NCBI GenBank assembly: GCA_030704615.1
Contig: CM060734.1
Location: 12,028,001-12,092,000, forward strand
Direction: 5' to 3'
Length of the DNA stretch: 64,000 nucleotides
DNA from: Takakia lepidozioides
Lineage: Eukaryota > Plantae > Bryophyta
This document shows positions 12,030 to 23,455 of this stretch, in pieces. Position 1 is the stretch's first letter, and the number at the start of each line of letters is the position of its first letter. Position numbers and translations under genes: made by a program. Under the pieces are notes generated by a model. That model did not search any database, was not told the origin of the DNA, and worked only from the letters and a program-made list of their open reading frames with translations.

Positions 12030-13700
12030 TACCTACTTCTAGTTAACTAGGACATTTTAGATATTTATATCTATATTTTGAGTGTTGGGACTTCATTTGG
12101 TCTCATATGCCAAGTGAGGTATCAAGCCTCACTTGGGACATGGGGATGGGTTTTCCCCTTGTGAGGGTTGAGGAGGGCTCATCTTCTTGTAGTTGAGCCT
12201 CCATGAGCCTCTCTCACCTCCATAGCTCTAGGTATTGAGTGGGAGTGTGTTGAGGGCTTTGTAGGGTGGATTCCTTTAGCAAAGGTGCCCTTGGCATGAC
12301 TTAGTTTATGTGATAGAGTGGATTTCACTTGGAAGGACTAGGGCTTGTTCTTAGTGTGATTGCTTCATGCTTTGAGAGCTTCATTGTCTTCCACTTCTCT
12401 CATTTCTCATCTCTTATCACTACAAGAAGATCACCTTATGCTTGTGAGTACGGAGTGTAAGAATTAGTTTTGCACTTGTATGTTAAAGAGGTTGAGAGCT
12501 AGGAGAATTTAGCTCTTGTATCACAAGGCTTGCAAGGGGTTGCAAGGAAAGATGCTCGAGTGTTACATGCACCAAGGAGTTGGAGAGCTTGAGAAGAAAG
12601 CTCTTGAGTCACAAGGATTGCAAGGAGGAAGTCTTGTGTGTGTGGAAGCATGGATTCTAGGATTTGTTTGTATGCATTATGGAGTCAATGGTACTATGCG
12701 CCATGGCTTGTGGAGAGTGACTAAAGGCTTGTTAGTGCTCATTTCACTATCAAGCTAGAGTTAAGCAAGTTCAAAGTGTGGATATTGTGGAAAAGAAGCC
12801 AAGGAGCTACATAGGCTTGGGCTTGAAGACAACAAGGGCAAGTACTTGGAGAGCACTAAGAAGCTCAAGAGGTTTTGAAAGGGAGCATGTGAAGAAATCT
12901 TCCAATCATGGTGGTGTGGAGCCAGCTTAGGACGCCATTGGAAGGGCTTAGAGAACATATGGTGGGAAATCCTTGAAGGGAAATCATCATTCAATGTATG
13001 CATAGCTTCACCCTAACTATGTAATGTGACAAGATGGGGAGGCAATACTTGGCTATTCATGCTCTTGGTAGTGTGAGCTTTGTGGTGGATAGTTGACCAA
13101 GCAAGTGGTGCATGTGTGGAGCATGCTCTCTTGAGTTTGTAAGTTCAAGTTTGAGAAGGGGAGCTCTTGAACTAGCAAGAGGTGAAGGCCTTGAGATCCA
13201 TTTGTGTGTGAAGTGGAGAGGTGTTGATTCATGTTACAATGAAGGAGAGCAACACATAGGCCAAGAGGTCATGGAACATGCATTCAATGACCAAGGGGAG
13301 CACATGGATGATGGATTAGTGCAAGACCCCAAAGGAGGCATATGACGTGAGAGTAGGATCCAAGGTGGATTGCTTGGGAGCATATTGTAAGTGACAAGCA
13401 TTGCTCCTACACATTGAGATAATTTGTGTTGATTTGGAGCAATTGGCAAGTGATAAGGAGACAAATGCATGATTGCTCGGTAATGGAGATATGGTAGTTT
13501 GCAATCAAATCCCAAAGACTAGAAGGGGGATTGATTTGGTGGCCAATGACTTGCAAGTTGAGTTGGACCACTTTTGGTTGTACATTGGGGTGGAAGAGAG
13601 CAAGAAGATGTCTCTTAACACCACCTAGAGACCATATTTTTGCTTGAGTAGAAGCATAGAAGTCAAGGATTTGCATTCTAGCTCTTTATTACAAACCCTA
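12030..13700 (-). repeat. Interspersed TE-like repeat, homologous in part to 8735-9220
   Basis: Shared blocks in inverted orientation (see 8735-9220); non-coding and GA-rich. Confidence 0.55.
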
Positions 13701-13713
13701 GTAGTGTATGCTC

Positions 13714-13965
13714 AGACTATACCTCTGTTAGTATACCAAACAGGAGTTTGTCCCTTGGACTATACCTTTGTTGAGGTATCAACATATATGAACATATATG
13801 AACCCTAATCTGAGACTATACCTCTGTTAGTATACCAAACATGAGCTTGTCTCTTTTACTATACCTCTGTTGAGGTATCACCATATGTGAACCCTAATCA
13901 GGTCAGACTATACCTCTCTTAGTATACCAAACATGACCTTGTCCCTTTTATTATACCTCTGTTGA
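13714..13965. repeat. Three ~95-bp tandem units, each with two ACTATACCTCTGTT sub-repeats
   Basis: AGACTATACCTCTGTTAGTATACCAAACA at ~13714, 13813 and 13905; TATACCTCTGTTGAGGTAT mini-hairpins. Confidence 0.8.
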
Positions 13966-14439
13966 GCACTAGAAGCATTTGTGTCTTTTCCGAATCGACT
14001 GGGTGTCCGCCAACCACTCCAGGAACCACTTGGCAGTAAGCGGGACTACTGGAGAGTCGAAACGGACAATGTGGGCCCACGGGGGCATTTCAGACGGCGG
14101 GCAGAAGCAGGGTCAACGACTCCGGAGTTGTAGCAAAAATCCGGACTATTTAATTAATTGCGTAAATACATAAAATTTGAAAAAAGCGGAAATTACAAGT
14201 GGTTCTAATTACTGCACATGCGACTATAAATTTTCATTCATAATTCGATTAATGGAATAAAGATATTTATTCATTAAAGTGAATATGTAGTCAACTCAAC
14301 TACTCCATGAACCACTGCGCATTGATTGCACCCGTGATTCGGGGCCACATTTGCTGACGTGTGTTTCACAAGAACAGGCAAACAAAATCTAGCCTTTGGG
14401 GGCTTGCATATTTTAATATGTACTGCCTCCACCTGGAAG

Positions 14440-17400
14440 TGACATGGAAGGTCCATGGTGACATCGTGAAAGCTGGAATTGTAGGGTTTGCCATTCTGAA
14501 CACCGCCATGGTGGACATGTATGCCGAATGCGGGAGCATTGAAGATGCAAAAGTAGTGTTCGACTGTGGCTCAACGAGATGTGGTGTCGTGGAGTGCGAT
14601 GATCGCATTGGCAGCAAGGCAAGGATGTATGCATGATTTGAGCAGAGGCAGTGATAGCTGAAGGAGCAGGATAGAGTGTGGGTCCATATTCATCTAAGAG
14701 GGTCGGATTTCAAGCTCCAGATTACATATAGATCCCTGTGGAAGGATAACTACAAGAAACCTCCATGGGTAGATGGTTAGCTGGAAGCGGCAGCTGTAGC
14801 GGCACAGTTGATAAAATCAGGCACCTCAACCATGACCACAGCTTCTGGAAGAGGATCAAGAGAGGGAGTCCACAATGCCTCTTCTGGCACTTATGGGCAT
14901 GTGAAGATGCTTTATGAGGCAGGCAGACTGAAAGAGGCTCTACAGATTTTAAACCAAAGAGGCATTTCAGCAGATGTAGATACGTATGTGTGTCTTGCCT
15001 AAGTGCATCAAGATGAAAGGCCTAGAAGTTGGAAAGCAAGTGCACACTCACATTGTCCAAAGTGGATTCACACCGAACGTTTTTCTACTCAACAACCTTG
15101 TCAACATGTATGTTATCATGGATGATCACCAAGTGTTCAACACAGAATGCTCAACGATCTTTGATCACGTGGAATATAATGTTGGCAGAATTACCAAGCA
15201 TGGGCGTGGTACGAATGCTTTGGAGACCTGTGAGCAAATGATGCGCGAAGGGGTGGAGCCCAACCACATCGCATTTGTATGTGAGCTGCCAGGGCAGTGT
15301 TCAGATTGACATTTGGTACAATTCCAGCTTTGATGATATCCCCATGCACCTCTTTGCGTTTCTCCAGGCCGGCTGCCAGGCTTGCACAAGCATAGCGAAT
15401 GCACACAACCATGATGTGCTTCCCCCATCATTTGCTCATAGGTCTCCAAAGCCTCCATTCCACATCCCTGTTGTGCATACCCTGCAAGCACATCATATCG
15501 CACTCCATGACACCACATGTCGTTCAGCCATAGTGTCGAACACTCCCTTTGTATCCTAGATGCACCCACATTTTGCAAACATGTCCACCAGGGTATTGTT
15601 CAGAATGTCATTTGGTACAATTCCAGCTCTAAAGATGTCGCCATGCACCTCTTTCCCCATTTCCAAAGCTGCCAGGGCAGTGTTCAGATTGACATTTGGC
15701 ACAATTCTAGCTTTGATGATATCCCCATGCACCTTTTGCTTTTCTCCAGGGCTGCCAGGCTTGCACGCACATTGCAAATGCACACAAACATGATGTGCTT
15801 CCCCCATCATTTGCTCATAGCTCTCCAAAGCCTCCATCCCACGTCCCTGCCGTGCATACCCTACAAGCATCGCACTCCACGACACCACATCTCGTTCAGC
15901 CATAGTTTCAAACACTCCCTTTGCATCCTAGATGCACCCACATTTTGCAAACATGTTCACCAGGGTATTGTTCAGAATGACATCAGGTACAATTCCAGCT
16001 CTGCAGATGTCGCCATGGACCTCTTTCCCCTTTTCCAAAACTGCCCAGGGCAGTGTTCAGATTGACATTTGGCACAATTCTAGCTTTGATGATATCCCCA
16101 TGCACCTTTTGCTTTTCTCCAGGGCTGCCAGGCTTGCACGCACATTGCAAATGCACACAAACATGATGTGCTTCCCCCATCATTTGCTCATAGCTCTCCA
16201 AAGCCTCCATCCCACGTCCCTGCCGTGCATACCCTACAAGCATTGCACTCCACGACACCACATCTCGTTCAGCCATAGTTTCGAACACTCCCTTTGCATC
16301 CTAGATGCACCCACATTTTGCAAACATGTTCACCAGGGTATTGTTCAGAATGACATCAGGTACAATTCCAGCTCTACAGATGTCGCCATGGACCTCTTTC
16401 CCCTTTTCCAGAGGTGCCAGGGCAGTGTTCAGATTGACATTTGGCACAATTCCAGCTTTGATGTCCCCATGCACCTATTGCCCTTCTCCAGGGCTGCCAG
16501 GCTTGCACAAGCATTGCAAATGCACACAAACATGATGTGATTCCCCCATCCTTTGCTCATAGCTCTCCAAAGCCTCCATCCCACGTCCTTGCCGTGCATA
16601 CCCTACAAGCATCGCACTCCACAACACCACATCTCGTTCAGCCATAGTGTCGAACACTCCCTTTGCATCCTAGATGCACCCACATTTTGCATACATGTCC
16701 ACCAAGGTATGGTTCAGAATGACATTTGGTACAATTCCAGCTCTGAAGATGTCGCCATGGACCTCTTTCCCCTTTTCCAGAGGTGCCAGGGCAGTGTTCA
16801 TAATGACATTTGGTAAAATTCCAGCTTTGATGATACCCCATGCACCTCTTTGCCCTTGTCTAGGGCTCAATGCACCCACATTTTGCATACATGTCCACCA
16901 GGATATGGTTCAGAATGACATTTGGTACAATTCCAGCTCTGAAGATGTCGCCATGGACCTCTTTCCCCTTTTCCAGAGCTGCCAGGGAGGTGTTCATAAT
17001 GACATTTGGTACAATTCCAGCTTTGATGATACCCCATGCACCTCTTTGCCCTTGTCCAGGCTCGATGCACCCACATTTCGCATACATGTCCACCAGGGTA
17101 TGGTTCAGAATGACATTTGGTACAATTCCAGCTCTGAAGATGTCGCCAAGGACCTCTTTCCCCTTTTCCAGAGCTGCCAGGGCAGTGTGCAGAAGGACAT
17201 TTGGTACAATTCCAGCTTTGATGATATCCCCATGCACCTCTTTGCCCTTGTCTAGGGCTGCCAGGCTTGCACAAGCATTGCAAATGCACACAAAGTGGCC
17301 GGGCTTCACCCCCTCCCCCATCATTTGATCATAGGTCTCCAAAGCCTCCATCCCACATCCCTGTTGTGCATACCCTGCAAGCATCACACTCCACAACACC

Positions 17401-18115
17401 ACATCTCGTTCAGCCATAGAGTCGACAACTCCCTTTGCATCCTCAATGCATCCACATTTGGCATACATGTCCAGGTCAGGGCAGTGTTCAGAATGACATC
17501 TGGTGCAATTCCAGCTTTGACCGATGTCACCATGGACCTCGTTCCCCTTTTCCAGGCTTGCACACGCATTGCAATTTGGAAAAGGGGAAAGAGGTCCACA
17601 TGGCGACATCTTCAGAGCTGGACTTGTACCAAGGTGAATGCCTGTCAGATTACCAGATGCAAAGAGGTGCATGGTTGCATCGCCAAAGGCAGCAGCTGCA
17701 GCGGCACAGTTGATAAAGTCAGGCACCTCAACCATGACCACAGCTTCTGGAAGAGGATCAAGAGAGGGAGTCCACAATGCCTCTTCTGGCACTTATGGGC
17801 ATGTGAATATGCTTTGTGAGCTGAAAGAGGCTCTACTGACTTTAAACCAAGGAGGCATTTCAGCAGATTCAGATACGTATGTCTGTCTCTTGCATAAGTG
17901 CATCAAGATGAAAGGCCTTGAAGCTAGAAAGCAGGTGCACACTCACATTATCTAAAGTGCATGCCAAAAAAATTTCTACTCAACACCCTTGTGCGGGGCA
18001 TCATGGATGCTCACCAAGTGTTCAACAGAATGCCTCAACGATCTTTCATCACGTGGAACACGATGCTTGCAGGGTGTGCACAACAGGGGCGTGGTATGGA
18101 GGCCTTGGAGAATGT
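14440..18115 (+). pseudogene. PDF-motif + PLS-class PPR pseudogene, copy A (15284-17574 inverted)
   Basis: IHLRGSDFK...SLWKDNYKKPPWVDG*LEAAAVAAQ linker, then GRLKEALQIL..., KQVHTHIVQSGFTPNVFLLNNLVNMY, VFDSMAERDVVLWSAMLAGYAQQG and LVDMYAKCGCIEDA (P-L-S motifs); many frameshifts. Confidence 0.88.
15284..17574 (-). repeat. Inverted block of tandemly amplified PPR units (~372-bp and ~195-bp periods)
   Basis: ATGCACCCACATTTTGC recurs at 15560, 15932, 16305, 16674, 16870 and ~17065; PPR motifs read on the minus strand. Confidence 0.9.
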
Positions 18116-18209
18116 GTTGAGGGCACCTTCTTCTTCGACCTATTTCAGCCTGTTTTTCCCTCTCATCAGACTCGGCCCTGAATTTACATATTGAATTGTC
18201 AAGGACAAT

Positions 18210-19420
18210 GTGGTGAGGGCACCTTCTTCTTCGACCTATTTCAGCATGTTTTGCCCTCTCATCAGACTCGGCCTTGAGATGCATATTGAATTCTGTAAGT
18301 TAGCTCGTTGGGTGGATCTGTGGTGGTTTGGAATGACTATGACAAGTAACTGTCGATGTGGCAGCAGGAAAGTATCCAAAACAAATAACAAAGATGAGGA
18401 GAAGGTGTGGAATGAATACTTTGTTGACCCTAGTGAATGGTGGAACAACCGAGGCAAAAAGTTGAATGCCTATTAGATGACAGAGAGTAGCAGACGCAAT
18501 TCAGCATAGGAACTAGTGTGATTGGGTGTTTCCTAGGTTGTCATTGTCAGCTGCTAGCAGCAAGGGCAAAGATGAATGCATGATTTGTGCAGAGGCATGG
18601 ATAGCTGAAGGAGAAGGGATAGAGTGTGGGTCCAGATTCATCCAAGAGGGCCGGACTTCAAGCTCCAGATTACTTGTGATTCCATGTGGATCAATAGCTA
18701 CAAGAAACCTAAATGGGTAGATGGTCAACTAAGGGCAACAGCTGCAGCGGCACAGTTGATAAAATCAGGCACGTCCTCAACCATGACCGCAACTTCTGAA
18801 GAGGATCAAGAGAGGGAGTCCACAATGCCTTTTCTGCGGGGCATGTGAAGATGCTTTGTGAGGCAGGCAGACTGACAAAGGCTCTAGGTCTGGACGCTGG
18901 AATCAGGTGCACACTCACATTATCCAAAGTGGATTCATGCCAAATGTTTTTTCTACTCAACACCCTTGTCAACATGTATGTTAAGTGTGGGAGCATCATG
19001 GAAGCTCGCCAACATTTCTACAGAATGCCTTAGCGATCTTTGATCATGTGGAATATAATGTTGTCAGGATTTACCAAGGATGGGTGTGGTAGGAATGCTT
19101 TGGCGACCTATGAGCAAATATTGCGCAAAGGGGTGAAGCCCAACCACATCACGCTTGCGCATGTTTGCAATGCGTGTGCAAGCCTGGGACCTCTGGAAAA
19201 GGGGAAAGAGGTCCATGGTGACATCATCAAAGCTGGAATTGTACCAGATGTCATCCTGAACACTCCCCTAGTGGACATCTATGCCAAATGTGGGTGCATT
19301 AAGGATTTTTCAACACTATGGCTGAACCAAATGTGGTGTCATGGAACGCGATGCTTGCAGGGTATGCACAACAAGGACCTGGTATGGAGGCTTTGGAGTC
19401 CTATGATCAAATGATGGGGG
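18210..19420 (+). pseudogene. PDF-motif + PLS-PPR pseudogene, copy B (best-preserved architecture)
   Basis: Exon ...KDEEKVWNEYFVDPSEWWNNRGKK, intron (~18461-18635, ends TCCAG), IHPRGPDFKLQITCDSMWINSYKKPKWVDGQL, linker, then PPR motifs LNTLVNMYVKCGSIMEAR...WNIMLSGFTKDG...LVDIYAKCGCI. Confidence 0.8.
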
Positions 19421-19519
19421 AAGGGGGGCACCTTCTTCAATAGAACAACGGCTACAAGTGGGTAGATGGTCAACTGGAAACAGCAATGGCAGCAGCACAA
19501 TTGATAGAACAAGGCCCAC

Positions 19520-21446
19520 TGCTAATGAAGGTACCTTCTTCCCCTGCTATCAGAGTCGTCCCTAAATTTTCATGTTGAATTCTACAAGATAGCTCGTTGG
19601 TGGATCTATGGTGGTGTTGGAGTGATTTTGACATGTTACTGCCAATGTGGTCGACAGGAAAGTATCGAAAAACAGATAATAGAGATGTGGAGAAGCTCTG
19701 GAATGAATACGGTTCTGACCCCAGTCAATGGTGGAACAATCCAGGCAAAAAGGTGAATGTCTATTGGAAGCAGACGCAAGTTAGCATATGAACTAGTGTG
19801 ATAAGTAGGGTTGGGGTGTTTGCTGGAACAATTCTAGGGTGTTATTGTCAGCTGCTAGCATCAAGGTAGGATGTATGCATGATTTGTGCAGAGGCATGGA
19901 TAGCTGAAGGAGCAGGGAGCAGTGTGGGTCCAAATTCATCCAAGAGGGCCGGATTTCAAGCTCCAGATTGCCTACAATTCCCTGTGGAAGCAGCACACAC
20001 CTCGCACACACAAGACCTCTTGGGTGCATGGTCAGTCAAATCCTCTATGGGTCATGACACAAGGTTGAGGACAATGTGGTGAGGGCACCTTCTTCTTCGA
20101 CCTATTTCAGCCTATTTTTCCCTCTCATCAGACCCAGCCCTGAATTTACATATTGAATGTTGTAAGTTAGCTCGTTGGGTGGATGTGGGGTGGTTTGGAG
20201 TGAATTTGACAAGTTACTGCTGATGTGGCAGCAGGAAAGTACCCAAAAATAGATAACAAGATGAAGAGAAGCTTTGGGATGAACACTTTCCGACCCTAGT
20301 TAGTGGGGGGACAATGGAGACAAAAAGGTGAGTGCTTGTTCGACTACAGAGAGAACCAGTTGCAATTCAGAATTGGAACTATTGTTAAGTCCTAGGTTGG
20401 GGTGTTTTCTGGAAGAACTTCATGCCGTCACTATCAGCTGCTAGCAGCAAGGCTGAGGGATGTATTTGTGATCTGTACACGGGCAGGGATAGCTGAGGGA
20501 CCAGGGATAGAGGTCCAGATTCATATTCAGGTTCAGGCTGAGGGATCAATAGCTACAAGAAATCAGCTAGAGTAGATGGTCAATTGTTGTAAGTGGAAAC
20601 AGTAGCGACAACACAATTGATAGAATGAGGTGCTGCTAATGAAGGCACCTTCCTCAACACATTTCAGCCTATTTTTCCAAATAGGGTTGGGGTGTAAGAA
20701 CAAATCTAGGCTGTCATCATCAGCTGCTAGCAGCAAAGCAATGATATATGCATGATTTGTGCAGAGGCATGGATAGTTGAAGGAGCAGGGATAGAGTGTG
20801 GGTGCAAATTCACCCAAGATGGTCGGGCTTCAAGCTCCAGATTGAATCTATAGCTATAACAAACCTGCATGGGTAGATGGTCAACTGACAGCAACGGCAC
20901 AATTTATAAAATCAGACACTGCTAATGAAGGCATCTTCTTCAACACATTTCACCTTGTTTTTCCCTCTTATCAGAATCGACCCTAAATTTCCATGTTGAA
21001 TTCTGCAAGTTAGCTGGTTGAGTGAATCTAGTTTGGAGTGACTTTGACATGATACTGCCAATGTGACAACAAGAAAATATCAAAAAACAAGTAACAGAGA
21101 TGAGGAGAAGTTGTGGAATGAATACTGTTCTGCCCCAGTCAATGATGGGACAACCAAGGCAAAAAGGTGAATGCCTGTTACATTTCATAGACTAGCAGAC
21201 GCATTCAGCATAGGAACTAGCGTCAGAAGCTGAGTTGGATGTTTCCTAGAATAAATCTAGGCTGTCATTGTCAGCTACTAGCAGCAAGGCAAGGATGAAT
21301 GCATGATTTGTGCAGAGGCATGTGTAGCTGAATGAGCAAAGAGTGTGTGGGTCCAGATTCATCCAAGAGGGCCAGATTTCAAGCACAAAATTACCTATGA
21401 TTCCCTGTGGATCAATAGCTACAAGAAACCTGCATGGGTAGATGGT
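19520..21446 (+). pseudogene. Tandem decayed PDF-motif modules (leader exon + split PDF motif), 3-4 copies
   Basis: EKLWNEYGSDPSQWWNNPGKK|GTGAAT (19690-19757); similar halves at ~20260 and ~21100; intact second half IHPRGPDFKHKITYDSLWINSYKKPAWVDG at 21357-21446 after a CAG acceptor. Confidence 0.8.
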
Positions 21447-21479
21447 CTATTCCGTGGGACTCAATTTGTCACTGAGTCT

Positions 21480-23455
21480 TGCATTCAATGGGTGCAATAG
21501 CCGTGCACGCATTGCATGATTTCTTTTTCGCATTGAACAAAAACCAGATGACAAGTGAACGCCTCATTAGACAATGGAACGATTTTCGATTGATCTCGTA
21601 TTACACTGGGACGTATCAGAGAGTACATTGAACACACTGGCCAAGGTTTGAAAGCGAACGAAAATCATTTGGATGGGCAACCATCCGTTGGCCCATTGAA
21701 CGAATTTCGATTGGTCTCATATTACTCTGGGGCCTCTTACATGGCACATTGAACATAGTGGCCAAGTCTCAAAGCGAACCAAAATCATTTCGATGGCCAA
21801 CCATCCGTTGAGCCATCGAATGAATTTTCGATTGATCTGATATTAGTCCGGGACCTGTGAGAGGGTGTCTGGAACGTGCTGGCAAAGTTTGGAAGCTAAC
21901 AAAAATGATTTGGATGGGCAACCATCCGTTCACCTGTTGAATGTATTTTGTTGGAGCTACTATTGCTTTGGGACCTGTTGGACCGTGTTTCGCGTGCTCA
22001 CGATTTGTTTTTCATTCCGTTTTTGAATGGGGCGTGTAATGTAGCCATATGCAATGTGCGTGCCAAATTTGGGAGCGATCAAAATTCATTTGGACCCAAA
22101 ACCATAGTTTCTTCCCTGTTTTGCACTCCAAACTTGATTTGTGTTCTACTTCGTGCACTCTTCATAGAGAGTTCTGCAATAGTGAGCGAAAAGAGAACAC
22201 CTTTTTGGGGGGGGGGCATTTTTGATTGGTCCAAATTTTGGCGGGGGAGTAGCCGTGGGATGCTGGAAGCCGCAGAACAAAATTGAGCCAAAAACAAAAT
22301 CGATACGTGCCAGAAACCCCCACTGAAAGGCAGTGCAAACCTATTTATTGGCTTAAAATAAATTTAAATTCAATTAAAAATGTGGAATGGCTTGAGGGGG
22401 GAGCGCGTCGATGGGGAGGCAAATGATTTATTCGTCTGTTGTGTCTCCGCACATGTGTCGCACACACGTTCAAGCACGTGCGGGCAAAAGATGGGCTTCA
22501 ACCACAACCGTTCAATGGGTGCAATAGCCGTGCACGCATTGCATGATTTCTTTTTCGCATTGAACAAAAACCAGATGACAAGTGAACGCCTCATTGGACA
22601 ATGGAACGATTTTCGATTGATCTCGTATTACACTGGGACGTATCAGAGGGTACATTGAACACACTGGCCAAGGTTTGAAAGCGAACGAAAATCATTTGGA
22701 TGGGCAACCATCCGTTGGCCCATTGAACGAATTTCGATTGATCTCATATTACTCTGGGGCCTCTTACATGGCACATTGAACATAGTGGCCAAGTCTCAAA
22801 GCGAACCAAAATCATTTCGATGGCCAACCATCCGTTGAGCTATCCGAATGAATTTTCGATTGATCTGATATTAGTCCGGGACCTGTGAGAGGGTGTCTGG
22901 AACGTGCTGGCAAAGTTTGGAAGCTAACAAAAATGATTTGGATGGGCAACCATCCGTTCACCCGTTGAATGTATTTTGTTGGAGCTGCTATTGCTTTGGG
23001 ACCTGTTGGACCGTGTTTCGCGTGTTCACGATTTGTTTTTCATTCCGTTTTTGAATGGGGCGTGTAATGTAGCCATATGCAATGTGCGTGCGATTGATCT
23101 CATATTACTCTGGGGCCTCTTACATGGCACATTGAACATAGTGGCCAAGTCTCAAAGCGAACCAAAATCATTTCGATGGCCAACCATCCGTTGAGCCATC
23201 CGAATGATTTTTCGATTGATCTGATATTAGTCCGGGATCTGTGAGAGGGTGTCTGGAACGTGCTGGCAAAGTTTGGAAGCTCATAAAAATGATTTGGATG
23301 GGCAACCATCCGTTCACCCGTTGAATGTATTTTGTGGGAGCTGCTATTGCTTTGGGACCTGTTGGACCGTGTTTCGCGTGCTCACGATTTTTTTTTCATT
23401 CCGTTTTTGAATGGGGCGTGTAATGTAGCCGTATGCAATGTGCGTGCCAAATTTG
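21480..23455 (+). repeat. Complex tandem repeat (~120-bp sub-units in a ~1.03-kb higher-order unit)
   Basis: GATGGGCAACCATCCGTT motif recurs about every 120 bp; 21485-22070 is repeated at 22511-23090. Confidence 0.85.

Noticed and set aside
15517-17328. Plus-strand ORFs (MHPHFANM...) as a novel repeat protein
   Set aside because: They are antisense shadows of the inverted PPR repeats.
14440-21446. Functional PPR-DYW editing factor
   Set aside because: Numerous stops and frameshifts, an internal inversion, and no E/E+/DYW motif.
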